From Eledone cirrhosa (lineage: Eukaryota), in NCBI GenBank assembly GCA_964016885.1, contig OZ024740.1:266476001-266540000 (forward strand): a stretch of DNA of 64,000 nucleotides, in the 5' to 3' direction. Within the stretch, counting starts at the first letter, position 1, and every line of letters begins with the position of its first letter. The notes under the pieces were generated by a model. That model saw only the letters and a list, made by a program, of their open reading frames with translations, did no database searches and was not told where the DNA came from. The translations under genes and the position numbers were made by a program. This document shows positions 1-13,437 of this stretch, piece after piece.

Positions 1-1846
1 GAGGAGACACACTGATCTTGCCATGGGATGGATAGACTACAGAAAGGCATTTGACATGGTGCCTCATTCCTGGATCACCAAAAGCCTCGAGATATTCAGG
101 GTGGCAGATAACATCAGACAGTTGCTAGGCAGGAGTATGGGGTCCTGGGAGACAGAGTTGACATCAACTGGAGTATCCTTGGGAAGCGTGAAGATCAAGA
201 GAGGTATCTTCCAGGGAGATAGCCTGTCCCCCCTGTTGTTTGTCCTTGCCCTGATGCCCTTGACCATTATGCTGCGAAAAGTGAGAGCAGGATACAAGTT
301 GGGAAGGGGAGAGCTTACCATCAATTACCTCCTCTTCATGGACGATCTTAAGCTCTTCGGGAAAAGTGAGAAGGAGTTGGATGTGCTTGTTGACACTGTC
401 CGTATTTTCAGCAGTGATATATGTATGCAGTTTGGTATTGGTAAATGTGGAGTCATTGTGATGAGGAGGGGTAGGTTGAGCAGAAGTAACGGGATCCAGA
501 TACCAACAGGTGAGATGATAAAGGAAATTGACTCTGAGGAAGGATACAAGTATTTGGGCGTTCTGGAGGCTGATGGCATAAAGAACAAAAAAATGAAGGA
601 ATTGTTAAGAACTGAATACATTCGGAGAGTAAGGAGCGTATTGAAGTCACATCTGAACAGCAGAAATGCCATAAGCGCAGTAAATTCCCGAGCTGTGTCT
701 ATTATTAGGTACAGTGCGGGAATTCTGAGATGGAATGTTGCTGAACAAAAAGAAATGGATAGGAAGACTAGGAAGCTATTGACTATCTACAACATGTTCC
801 ACAAGAGGAGTGATGTCGATAGACTCTACCTAAGGAGATCTGAGGGTGGAAGAGGTCTTATCAGCATAGAGGACTGTGTTCAGATGGAGAAAAACAACCT
901 ATACAAATACGTGACCTATAGTAAGGAGCCAATGCTCAGAACTGTACTGAAGGAGGGGACAGTAGGCCAGGGGATGTCCAAGGAGGAAATAACATCAAGG
1001 AGGAAGAGCAGCCTTAAGGGAAAATCCCTTCATAGTACCTTCTTTGAGAAAACTGAATTTAGAGATCCACAGACATGGAACTGGTTGAGAAGAGGAGACC
1101 TCAAAAAGGCTACAGAAGGAATGCTAATGGCTGCGCAGGAGCAGGCCCTCAAAACGAAGTGGTTGAAGCACCATATCTACAAGGAGGAGGCTAGCCCACT
1201 GTGCAGGATCTGTGGAGAGAGAGAGGAGACTGTGACTCACATTGTGTCCGAGTGTAAACACCTAGCCCAGACCCACTATAAGGGCTGGAGACACGATGTG
1301 ATGGTCAGGGTGATCCACTGGCACCTGTGCAAAGTAAACAATTTACCACATTCTGAGAAATGGTATGAGCATAGGCCAGAGGCGGTGATGGAGAACAATC
1401 AGGTGAAGGTGCTGTGGTATTTTAGGATACAGACGGACAAAAAACTGGAACACAATAGACCTGACCTGGTGGTTGTGGACAAAGAAAAAAGATCGTGTCT
1501 GATTGTGGATGTGGCCTGCCCGTTCGACACGAGAGTGCAAGAGAAGGAGGGGGAGAAAATTAACCGATACCAGGACCTAAAGTGGGAGGTGAAAAGGATT
1601 TGGAACTGCCATGAAGTCAAAGTGATCCCGATTGTCATAGGCGCACTGGGGACAACTCCAAAAGTTTCCAGGGATGGTTAAAGAAAATCGGCCCCTTCAC
1701 GCTTTTTGGAACGCTTCAAAAGGCATGCTTGCTTGGAACAGCAAGAACCCTCCGATACGTCCTGAATATCTGAGGCTGCAGGTAGTGGCTTGATATTCAA
1801 TCCAACGGACTTTCCAGTTAACCAACATCAATGACTGAGATTAAAG
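1..1846 (+). mobile_element. R4/Dong-like non-LTR retrotransposon (RT + CCHC + restriction-like endonuclease), copy 1, 5' end outside window
   Basis: ORF 23-1681 has RT motifs (IDYRKAFD, GIFQGDSLSP, LLFMDDLKL), zinc knuckle CRICGE..H..SEC and REL motif RPDLVVVDK..IVDVACP..EKINRY. A frameshift near 1665 hides the C-terminus LQKACLLGTARTLRYVLNI* (TGA 1771-1773). Short 3' UTR then (TAA)n. Confidence 0.9.
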
Positions 1847-1902
1847 GAATAACAATAGTGATAATAATAATAATAATAATAACAATAACAATAATAATAA
1901 TA
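1847..1902 (+). repeat. (TAA)n/(CAA) tail or target of Dong-like element
   Basis: Imperfect ATA/ACA trinucleotide run directly after the 3' UTR. Confidence 0.9.
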
Positions 1903-2206
1903 AACTGTAGGATCTGTGGAGAGAGAGAGGAGACTGTGGCTCACATTGTATCCGTGTGTAAACACCTAGCCCAGACTCACTATAAAGGCTGGAGACATGA
2001 TGTGATGGGCAGGGTGGACCACTGGCACCTATGCAAAGTAAACAATGTACCACATTCTGAGAAGTGGTATGAGTATAAGCCAGAGTCGGTGATAGAAAAT
2101 GGTCAGGTGAAGGTGCTGTGGGATTTTAGGATACAGACGGACAAGAAATTAGAATACAATAGGCCTGACCTGGTGGTTTTGGACAAGGAAAAAAGATCGT
2201 GCCTGA
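1903..2206 (+). mobile_element. Dong-like fragment (CCHC to start of REL) abutting the tail of copy 1
   Basis: Near-identical to about 1198-1501 (CRICGEREETVAHIVSVC..NRPDLVVLDKEKRSCL); truncated at both ends. Confidence 0.9.
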
Positions 2207-3029
2207 AATCTACATTACATCCTCCGACACTCAAACCACCCAAGAACTATAACTAAAAATTTGGTAAAGAATATCTCCTCCGTATATCAGCCTGTCTGCT
2301 AACGAGCAGATCTTCGAGGAACATGCACTGCACTACAACTAGGCCCTTAAAAAGTGGATTTAAGGAAAGACTTACCTACCACCCAAGCCCCATTCGTAGA
2401 ATTAGCAGGCGGAGCCACCGCTCACGAAACAACAATAAACACTTCTCAATAAACACTTCCCACCACATCATCGCTACCACAGCATCTTCAACAAATACAT
2501 GGTCAAACTTTCTTACAGCACCATACCCAACTTCGCACAAATCATCACGTCCTCAAACACTGCGAAACTCAACTCTAATAGATCCCATTCTAACCTCAGT
2601 GAGGAGGCATCCAGACTATGTAATTGCACTGACAAAATTCATTGTCCATTAAACAATAAATGCCGGCTATGGAACCTCGTGTACAAGTGCAATGTCACGC
2701 CAGAACACACCAACAAAGACTACATCGGATTAACCACCTGTCAATTCAAGACAAGATTTTACCAACACCAACATGCTTTTAGAAACCCGACCCGGGAAAA
2801 TGCTACAACACTATCCAGCCATTATAGAATCTCCGTGATAATATTACCTACGAATTGTCTGTCCAAAGCCAAACATTGTACAGAGGGACGCCAACCATTA
2901 TGCTCCGAAGAAACAATCCTAATTTTGTTCACCAAGGAACATATATTAAATAAAAAGGATGAACTCGTGACTTCGTGCAAACACCAGATTTACAAAACAT
3001 ACCTCAACTTTAGACCTTACGATTCTTAG
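2207..3029 (+). mobile_element. Penelope-like element fragment (Naiad-type), RT thumb + GIY-YIG endonuclease, degraded
   Basis: VKLSYS, CNC-x5-CPL-x3-C, LVYKC..DYIGLT..FKTRFYQH, TTLS, C..E..I, SCKH; same motif set as ORF 50001-50966. Frameshifted upstream. Confidence 0.85.
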
Positions 3030-3773
3030 CAGCATTAAAACATTCATTTAAGCACACCATTACAGAACTATCAATATCTAATTGCATGCGAACAGCCTCC
3101 TCCGCGAACCTCTCGGAGCGTACATAGGTACCCAAGACAAACACAGGCCCACTACATTGCATAATAAATAGTAATTACCGACTCCACAAATCCCACTATA
3201 GATACATGAAATATAATCACCCACAAACAACCGCCCCACACACATATCGGTTTGCAAACACAAACAAACTTACTTTCAAGCTTAATAAATAACTTCTTTA
3301 CACATATACGTACATCACATATACACATACATTTTTTTACTATAACTCATCAAAAATTACAATATCAAAATAAAATAAAAACATATCAATCCGCCCGTAG
3401 TTTAAAGTATTTTAAGTGCTTAGCACAACATATAGTAACAGCTACAAACAATTCTATTTTACAAACCCTACCATATATACTAATATATCAAGTACCATAT
3501 ACATCTACATTTGCACCCATAAGTTTCCCACACACTCGAATTTAACTCCGAATCACCACGAAATGTGGATATTTTTATTTTAATCAAATGTATATTTCTA
3601 ACGGTAATTTTTGGTAATTTAAGTGGCATATATACAACAAATGAATAAGTGAATTGAGGTAGATGGTTTCCAGTCCAGTCAGACTGCAAGTACAAATTTT
3701 TAAAATATTAGTTTGCTTCGTAACAATAGCATATCCAAGTTTACGGATAAATCAACTTACTTTAACTTTGACC

Positions 3774-5435
3774 TCATTTCAATGGAACCCTTAGTCTAGC
3801 TAACTCTTTGACGCCAGGCTGGATTTTCGTAAAACATAGCTGGAGAACTCCATGTGTAATTACATTGTAGCGGTTGCGAGCCTTACTGTGCAGTCTGGAA
3901 ACAGCGCCAAACCCGCTCTCGACTAAGTATGAGCTTGGAAAAGGCAGTGCAAATCTCTTAGCCTCTGCATGTAGGTGTGGAAATCGACGCTGAATTTCCT
4001 CTTGCATCCCTAAAAGGGGTTCACCTATTTTGGGAAATCTAATTTTGATCATGTCATCTGTTTGAAGTTCAATTAATTCTTCCTGAAATTTAACGTCCAA
4101 ATCGTCGACGTTAGCTATGAAGGGATCTGCTATCCACATTGGGATGTCCATCTGCAAAAAGTCGATAAACCGTTCTCCTATGTTGTCTTGTAGCGCATGG
4201 AGGTGAGCGGTATAAATTTGAAGTTGGTCATTTCTCACAATGTTTTGAACATTGGAGACACTAGGAAAATTATAGAATTCCCGTCGACAAAGATTCTTTT
4301 CGATGACATTCAATTTGTCCAGGTTTTCTTGTACAGTTCTGTGTTGCGTCCTCGAAGAAACTCAATGATAGAGTCGAACAGTTCAAAGAAACGAGTAAGG
4401 CACTTGTCCTTTGAAAGCCACCTCACTTCAGTATGAAGGAGCAACTCGACGAATTCTTCGTCATTATCTTGGCACAGTTGCCGGAAAATTCGTACATTGA
4501 GGGAATGGCGTTTGATAAAATTGATGACATCAATGGCCACCTACAAAGACTTGCTCAGCGGCTCGCTGAGTTTCTTCGCAGCCAAGTGTTGTCAATAAAT
4601 GACACAATGAACAGCAAATACAGATGAATTTTCTCTCTTCAGAAGAGTGACGAAATCCTTATGTTGGCCGACAATTGCTCTTGCGCCGTCCGTAGCACAT
4701 GATACAATGTTGTTAAAAGATATCGCCTTTTCTTCGAGGTATCCCTTGACAGTATCTGTGGTTAGATTCAGAGTGAAGAGAAGCTCCTCGTGCATTTCGT
4801 TTTCGTGGAAAAATCGCACGTATCCCAATAGTAAGGACTGGTTCCCGGAAAGCGTGCTTTCATCAAGTTGCAAATCAAATTGTGTCGACTTCAAGATGTT
4901 GCATAATTTGTGTTCAACATTTTCCGCCATTTCGTCGATGCGTCTCCTTATTGAGTCGTTACTCAGCAGAATACGTTTCAAGGTCTTTAACGGGTTCTGA
5001 TGTAGTACTGTTGAAAGAATGAGATGACACCTAATGTTTTCCCCAAGGAATGGGGCTTGCCACACTTTGCGATTATGTTGCCAATGTTATAAAATGCGAC
5101 AAGTCCATCAACATTTTAAGCTCCAACTTTTGAAAGGCAGAAACCAGTGTTGTTTTCTGAAATTGGTCCCTAAGAGTCTGAAAGTGTGCTAAATCTTTAT
5201 ATCTCTTATCGGGGTGCCTCATCTCCAAGTGTCTACTCAAACGCGACGGCTTCATCGCCTCATTCGAAAAGGACTCCTCCTTGCAAATTAAGCACATGGG
5301 TGACAGGTGGTTCGACGACGATGGGATGAATCCGAACCGTAAGTAATCAACGCTGTACTGCCTGCATTTTTTCTTCATTGCTGAGGCCATTTTCTGTTTA
5401 TCGAATGTATTTGGTAAAATCACGCAAAGATTCAC
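3774..5435 (-). pseudogene. hAT (Charlie/Buster, ZBED5/FAM200-like) transposase pseudogene
   Basis: Four fragment ORFs: RQYSVDYLRFGF..PMCLIC..MKPSRLSRHL (BED-like), LSNDSIRRRI..LQLDEST..TDGA..HCVIY, LLLHTEVRWLS, LPFPSSYLVESGF. Several frameshifts; TIRs not identified. Confidence 0.88.
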
Positions 5436-6344
5436 CTATATAAGCCTATAAAATTATGTATAAGGAACTTCCTAAAATGAGTTCTGTTCCAGTATGATAA
5501 AGTTTCAAGTAATATTCTGGAATAACGCTTTGTAATAAACGCAACTGCAATGATGCTGCAATTGTAATGGATGACTGTTGAAGACTGCAAAAGCCCTTCC
5601 TTAAGCCCAAGGCTATAACAGAAGACTTGATCGTAGTATGTAGTAGAATACAACCACACTCAGTCAGTTTATTTTGATAAGCAAACGTTTATATAGGAAT
5701 AGCAAAAACCTAGTTATAGAATAAACGATGTAGAAATGCAATGAAGAGAAGATGAGGTCAAGCAAACTAAATGTTAGTAAGAATGAGCAGAAGTATCGAG
5801 GTCAAGCCGAAAGCGGTGATGAACGGGTCAGTAAATTCAATTCATGAATAATGTTGCTCTTGTCGCTAAGACGACGTAGTGATAAGACGCGATAATTCTA
5901 AGTTAAGATACATTACTTATTAAGTTGAAAATACTGAAATTATCGCCCTTAATGAAAACTCGTTGCGTTGAGTCAATAATTTCAGACATGAAATACATTG
6001 TTATCGGTGAAGGAGAGACGAGATTCTAACTGGCTGCTCTCAAAGTGACCCAGTTGACTGGGTTTTTCTATTTTTAGGATCTCAATTGCCGGTTAATGTC
6101 TAGACACGCTTGCATACCTGCATAGTTATGCTGTCTGCATGTTCATTCAAGTGCATTCACACTGGCTGTCTCAGAGACGTACAAATATGGCTTATAAAAC
6201 TTACCAAATTAAAGAGCCTTTCACGGAACTATCAAGGAACTACCTTTCGATCAAACTACCGTAGTAAACATCTTGTTGAGTCAACTGACACAGTACGCTG
6301 AAACACTCCTCGTTAAAGATATTCTAACCCTTAAAACGCAGGCC

Positions 6345-8840
6345 AATAAACTAACCAACTAGAAATCACCAGGCCCAGATGTTGTGCAAGGATATTGGAT
6401 AAAAAATATAATATCCCTCCACCCTAAACTTACTGCCATGTTTAATGACTGCTTGGTGTCGGGTGAAATACCAGAGTTGTTGACAAAAGGTACCACAGTT
6501 CTGGCAATGAAAGACTGAATCAAGGGTAATGAGGTTACCAACTATAGGCCTATCACATGTCTGTCCATCATGTGAAACTGCTAACAAACATTGTGTCTGG
6601 GGAAATCTACTATTACCTCCACATAAATTGCCGGATGAACAGAAACGATGCCGAAAGAAGTCCCGTGGTACAAAAGACCAGTTACTTATTGATAAGATGG
6701 TAATAAGGAATTGCAAGAAGAGGCATACTGGTCTTGCCATGGGATGGATAGATTAGAAGAAGGTATTCGACATGGTTCCTCATTCTTGGATAACCAAAAG
6801 CCTAGAGATCTTCAAGGTGGCAGACAACATCAGACAGCTATTAAGTAAAAGTATGAAGTCCTGGGAAAGAGCTAACATCAGGTGGAGAATCCTTGGTAGG
6901 AGTAAAGATCAAGAGAGGTATTTTCCAAGGAAATAGTTTGTCTTCTATTTTGTTTGCCCTTACCCACATACCCTTGTTCCGCATATTGCGAAAAGTGAAA
7001 GCAGGATACAAGCTAGGAAAGGAGAACTTACCACCAACCAACTCCTCTTCATGAACGATCTTAAACTCTTTGGGAAGAGTGAGAAGGAGTTGGGTGTACT
7101 TGTTAACACTTTCCGTATTTTCAACATTGATATATGTATGGTATTTGCTGTTAATAAGTGCGGAGTCCTAGTGATGAAGGGGAGTAAATTGAACAGAAGC
7201 AACGGAATCCAAGAACCAACAGGTGAAATGATAAAGGAAAATGACACTGAAGAGGGATACAAATATTTGGGTGTTCTGGAGGCAGATGACATCTGTATAT
7301 ATATAAAATTAAGTATGTGTGTGTCTGTGTATTACCTATAGGGGCCTATATCTTACGACCGATTTTCATGAAACTTTACAGGCTCATAGATTAGCCATCT
7401 GCAGATAAAAATAAGATTTTTGGCTCTAGCTCCCCCATTTTGCCACCGATTTCGTTCAAATTTTAAAGCAAAATAGAATTTATCATTGCACATCCTGTAA
7501 TTGCTTTATAATTTGCATTTGTTGTTCAGGAACGGCGTGGTAGCCGCTTAAATATTCAAAAATACCCCTTTTAGACTCAAATTTTGACTTTTTCGGCTCT
7601 AGCTCCCACATTACTCAACCTACTTTGTTCAAATTTTACACTACGCTAGATCTGATTATTTGACGTCTTAAAGTGGCTTTAGATTTTGGATTTGTTGTTC
7701 AGGAACGGCGTGGCAGCCGTTTAAATATTCGAAAAGACCACATTTTCGCTCAAATTTCCGCCATTTCGGCTCTAGCTCCCACATTTTTCAACCGATTTCG
7801 TTAAAATTCGAAACTTCGGCCCCACCTCACACATAAATCAATTTATTTGGTTCAACTTTTATACTACGATAGAACCTATCATTGCACATCTTATAGATGG
7901 TCAAAGGCAACACGATGGCCACTGACGTCGTCTGAGCTTTTAGTTGTGTATTTGAGAATTCATCGGTCTCCAATCAAGTAGCGTGAGGAAATTTGGCTTA
8001 GTGTTATAGGTAATTACCTCCCTCTCCCAGTATGCTCCTTCGTCAGTCACCCGCGTTTCTCAGTGATAGAGGTCATCACTACCCTCCCCGCGTGGCCTGT
8101 GTGTGGCCATAGATGAGTCATCGAGAAGCAGTCGCTGAGATCAACACCTTTTCATCAAAGCAGATATTATTTTACCTACCAAAGCAACGCTGGGTACTGC
8201 TGCTAGTCAAGAATTAAAAAAATGAAGGAATTGATAAGATCTGAATACATAAGGAGAGTAAGGAACATACTGAAATCACATCTAAATAGTAGGAATGTCA
8301 TAAGTGCAGTCAATTCCCGAGCTGTGTCTATTATTAGGTACAGTGCGGGAATTCTGAAATGGAAAGTTACTGAACAACAGGAAATGGATAGAAAGACTAG
8401 GAAGCTAATGACTACCTACAGCATGTTCCACACGAGGATTGATGTTGATAGGCTCTACTTAAAGAAATCTGAAGGTGGAAGAGGTCTTATCAACAGAGAG
8501 GACTGTTCAGGTGGAGAAAAGAAGTCTGCACAAATATGTATCTGAGAGTAGGGAGACAATGCTCAAAGTTGTACCGAAGGAGAAGACAATAGACCAGTGG
8601 ATGTCCAAGGAGGAAGTAACAACAAAGAGGAAGAGCAACCTTCATGAAAAATCCATTCTTAGTACCTTCTTTAAGGAAACAGAATTCAGAGATCCACAGA
8701 CATGAAACTGGTTAAAAGGGGGAGACATTAAAAAAGCTACAGAAGGAATGCTAATGGCTGCGCAAGAGCAGGGCCTCAGAACGAAGTGGGTGAAACACCA
8801 TATTAACAAGGAGGGGGCTAGCTCACTGTGTAGGATCTGT

Positions 8841-8898
<58 letters not shown>

Positions 8899-9482
8899 CT
8901 GTGGCTTACATTGTATCCGAATGTAAACACCTAGCCAAGACTCACTATAAAGGCTGGAGGCATGATATAATAGGAAAGGTGATTCACAGGCATTTATGCA
9001 AACTAAATTATTTGTCACATTCTGAGAAGTGGTATGAGCATAAGCCAGAGTCGGTGATAGAAAACGATGGAGTGAAGGTGCTATAGGATTTCAGGATACA
9101 GACAGACAAGAAATTAGAACACAATAGGCCTGACCTGGTGGCTTTTGACAAGGAAAAAAGATCGTGCCTGACACAAGAGTGCAAGAAAAGGAGGAAGAGG
9201 AGATTAACCGATACCAGGATTTAAAGTGGGAATTAAAAAGGCTTTGAGACTGTCATGAGATCAAGGTCGTCCCGATTGCCATAGGAGCACTAGGTACTAT
9301 CGCGAAGAGTTTCCAAGGATGGTTAAATAACATTAGTCCAGCCCCCTTTTTTTGGAACACGTCAAAAGGCATGGAACAGCAAGAACCCTCCGATACGTCC
9401 TGAATATCTGAGGCTGCAGGTAGCGGCTTGATGTTTATTTGAACAAACTTTCCAGTTGAATAACATCAATGACTGAGACTCC
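6345..9482 (+). mobile_element. R4/Dong-like retrotransposon copy 2, heavily degraded, split by a Helitron
   Basis: [26 protein letters not shown] core, ERE-expanded zinc knuckle, REL and the same 3' UTR as copy 1; many stops and frameshifts. Confidence 0.9.
7292..8206 (+). mobile_element. Non-autonomous Helitron (915 bp)
   Basis: 5' TC(tgtatatatataaaa), 3' GCAACGC hairpin remnant + CTAG, inserted between A and T with no TSD; removal restores gatgaca|tcaagaa as in copy 3 (about 21650). About three internal ~172-bp repeats starting near 7420, 7591 and 7764. Confidence 0.92.
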
Positions 9483-9510
9483 AAGAATAACAACAACAAC
9501 AACAACAACA

Positions 9511-9569
<59 letters not shown>
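9483..9569 (+). repeat. (CAA)n(TAA)n tract shared tail-to-tail by Dong copy 2 and a SINE
   Basis: Directly visible. Confidence 0.95.
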
Positions 9570-9680
9570 TGTTTCTACATTTGGCACAAGCCCAGCAATT
9601 ACCCAATGCATTACTGGTACTTTATTCTATCGACTCCGGAAGGATGAAAGGCAAAGTTAACCTCGGCGGGATTTGAACTC
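9566..9680 (-). mobile_element. 5'-truncated tRNA-derived SINE with Nin-like core
   Basis: B-box GAGTTCAAATC, core GCCTTTCATCCTT..GTCGATA..AAAGTACCAGT, tail CTTGTGCCAAA..GAAACAATTATT. Confidence 0.85.
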
Positions 9681-11591
9681 TAATAATACTAATAATAATG
9701 ATTTCTTTATTGGCCACAAGGGCTGACATAAAGAAAAACATTACAGACGGCACAGGACGGTACGATGTGGGTTTTGTGCGTGTAAATATTTTTATTATTT
9801 ATATAAGAAAAGAAAAAAAAGGACATAAAACATATATATATATAAACAATAAAATAAAAATTGAAACAATGAAAAATTCCCCAATAGGGGGGAAACCTCC
9901 GAGGGTTACTCGTGGCGAAAACCACACAAAAGACCACGGCCACCCTGACTACCAGGGCAAGCGCCCTCTCTCAATTTTTCCATCTCTCAAACTACAGACG
10001 TATATTCAGAGTGGTTCACTCGGACCATTCTCGCTACATTCACCCACCTTTCAACAAACTTGCTAGAAAGCAGCACTTGCCTCTCCACCCTGATTTCCCT
10101 CTTCAAGTGAAACTTGAAAAAGTTAATTAGGGATTCGCCGAAGAGGAAAGTGTTTGTCTTTAACCCTTTTAACCTTGTCCACCACACAATCTCTTTCACC
10201 ATGGACACCAGGCAGATGAAAACCGCCTGCCCTTCCTCCTCGAAGGTGCAGACGGCGAGACCATCTGCACAATGGACTCAGTCGACAACCGGATCAGTCC
10301 CACACGCGACAGCAACTGTTCGACATAGCTCCACAAGTCAGCAATGCTCGGGCACTGAACGAGTGCGTGCACAACGGTTTCGTCGCTATGCACGCATCTC
10401 GGACAGGCTCAGCTGACGGCACTTCCGTGCCTGTAGAGCTTATCTCGAACCGGCAGCGCTCCCCGGTAGCACTGCCAGGCCAGGGATTTTTGGAAGTTAT
10501 CCATAGGCGCTGGGCTGAAATTTCTCCGGAAGAGAGCAAACAGCTGATCTTCTTCGACGCCCAGGATCTCTCCGAGAATGTCGTCGCTCTTCCCCTTTAC
10601 TAGTCCTCTATAGAACGCCGAGGTGGATGTTCCACCGATACTGGTGCCCAGCTGGCAGAGAACAGTGAGCTCCTGGAGACATTCCAGTTTCCAAGCGCTA
10701 TCCCTCGGTCTTTTCTGACCCAGGACTGCAGCTCCGTCAAGGAGACGAGCTGTGGGAAAATGTGCCTGGTGAACGGCGACCACACCCGTTCACCATCAAG
10801 GAAGCACCAGAGATGTCGCAGCCTCAGCGCATGTTTGCGCATCATCAGCCATGGCATGCCCAGTCCTCCACGCAACGGGTGTTGACAGCAGATGGATCGT
10901 CTGACCATGAGAGCGCGTCCCTTCCACAAAAAGCGGAAGAGGAGGCGCTCCATTTTGGTGAGAGTTGGGCTGGAGCAAGGGACGACGGTGAGGCGGTAGC
11001 AGATGACGGATGCGATGTACGCATTCGCCACTTCCGCCCGGCCTTTCAGGGACAGCCTCCTCTCAGCCCATTTCTGGGTGAGGGAGGCCACCCTGCTCGT
11101 CACCTCGTTCCAGTTTTTCTCCATCTGGAGGTCCGGTCCGAACCAGACCCCGAGCAATTTAACCGGTCCGTCCGTCCAACGCCCCACGACGCTGTCGGAC
11201 GGCGTGGACTTGCCTCTCCAGGTGCCGAGCTGCAAGCCCACCGACTTTTCCTGGTTTATCTTTGCTCCTGTCACCGCTTCGTATCCTTGAGAGCGGTGCC
11301 GAGCATCTGGACGTGTCTGGTGCTCGACACCACCACGGGGACGTCGTCAGCGTAAGCCGACTCGGATTTCCCGCATCCTAGTTCGCGTGGGACGCCCCTC
11401 ATCGCCCCCAGTTTGTGCAGTAACGGCTCGAGAGCCAATACGTACAAGATGGACGAGAGGGGACAACCCTGGCGGACTGAGCGCATGATGCTGAACGGCT
11501 GCGACAGGTGACCGTTCACCCTCACAACTGAGCAGATGTCGCTGTACATTGCTGCGATCCAACGCCTGAAAACGGGCCCGAAACCGGCTGC

Positions 11592-13405
11592 CTAGAGGAC
11601 CGCCGCCAGGTACTGATGGTCGACCCTATCGAATGCTTTGGATTGATCCAAGTTGATCAGGGCCCCACCCCTGCCAGGTTCCTTAACCACCCTCTCTATG
11701 ATGCATCGCATGAGGTGGAGGTTGTCGTGTATGAATCTGTCTGGAATGGCGCATGCCTGCGCCTCTCCCACCATACCATTGACGACAAGCGCCAACCTCG
11801 TTGCTAACACCTTGGCCAAAATCTTGAACTCTGCGTTTAGCAGGGTTATGGGCCTGAAATTATCGATAACATCCCCCTTGTTCGAGTCTTTTCTCAGCAG
11901 CGCCACTGCTCCCCGGCTCACAAAACTGGGAATGCTCCCGTTCTGCTGCCAGTTGCAGTAGACGTCTGCCAAGAGGTCACCGAACAAGTCTGGCATAAAT
12001 GCATAAAGCTCGTAGGGCAGACCATCTAAACCTGGCGATTTACCTCTTGTGCAGTTAGCCATCGCTTCCCGTATTTCACCGGCTGTTATTGGCTTTTCGC
12101 AACACTGTGCTGCGGTCGTCGAGAGCCGAGGCAGTCCGTCGAGGTATGCACTGAAGTCCATGCCCCGATCCGGGCCGCCGCCGCTCCCGAACAGTTCAAC
12201 AAAGTGCTTCTGAAAAGCTTCACATATCCGCTCGGGTTCGAGCATCACGCACCCGTTTTGGTCAGACAAAGACCCAATTGTGGCTTTGTTGCCACGTCGC
12301 GCCTCTGCCACCCGGGCCCATTGGACAAATTTTGTCCCCTCGTGTTTCAGAGCACGCGCTCTAGCTCTGACAACGCAGCCTTCGTGTTTTGCGTTGAAGA
12401 ATTGGTCGAGTGCCAATCTCGCGGCAAGCACGTCGGTTGCGATGCCTGTCCTAAACGCCTCTTCTAGCTTTCTGACTAGCTCTCCCTCTACTCTATTTTC
12501 CTCTATCACTACTCCTTTGCTAAACCTAATTGACTCTACTTTAATTACCCTTTTCAGGGCGAACCACCACCTATTGTTGACGACCGCTCCCGTCAACGCC
12601 CGCTTAACTAATACGCTAATCCGGTCTCTGTAGGCCTTGCGCGCCGGGAAAGACGCGTTCAGCTTCCAGTAAGCAGGCCCTTGTCTATGAAGTCTGTCTA
12701 TGCCGATCTCACAGATCACAAATTTGTGGTCTGTGTAGTCGACTATTTTAAATTGTGGACAACTTATACTAGCCTTATCTAGTTCTCTGCAGAAAACCCT
12801 ATCGAGATACGATCTGGATGACCCGATGCGGTTTGTCCATGTCCACATTGACACATTTGGGTGATCCAGTCGATACCTGTCAGACAGTTCAAAACGTCTG
12901 AGCAGGTTGGTGAGGCTCTTGCACCCTCCTCCCCTATCCACTAGCTCCACACGATCCCAGCGTGCATCCAAGATACCGTTCCAGTCGCCCACTAACACTA
13001 AAGAGCGAGACGTTCCAAGAAAGGTCTCTAGACGTCTGAAAAAATCTGGCCGTCCTGCCCCTGTTGGGGCGTAGACGGCTACTAGCCTGAAAGCATTGCC
13101 TTCGCTGCCGGTCACGTCAAGCACCACCGACTTACCTTCTGGGTCCAGGAAGATGGCCCGTATCGCGAGATCCAAGCCTCTCCGAAAAAGGACGGCAACC
13201 CCTCCCCCCGATCCTGGACGGCTGAGAGATGCGTATACATCGTAGCCGCCGAAGATCGGTGCGAAGGCCGTGCCTCGGAGATTCTGGTTTCACTGATGGC
13301 CACCACATCTATGTTTAGTGACCTGAGGTCATTGAGCAGGTGACCCTGCTTCCAAGATGACCCCAGGCCACGTGCATTTATACTGCCTATTCTGAGTACA
13401 GCCAT
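11592..13405 (-). pseudogene. Tx1 copy A ORF2 N-terminal part (APE endonuclease + RT start)
   Basis: ORFs 13112-13441 and 11592-13175 joined by a frameshift; premature TAG at 11592. Confidence 0.88.
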
Positions 13406-13437
13406 GTTGGATGAGAAACTGGGTAAATGAGAAAGGG

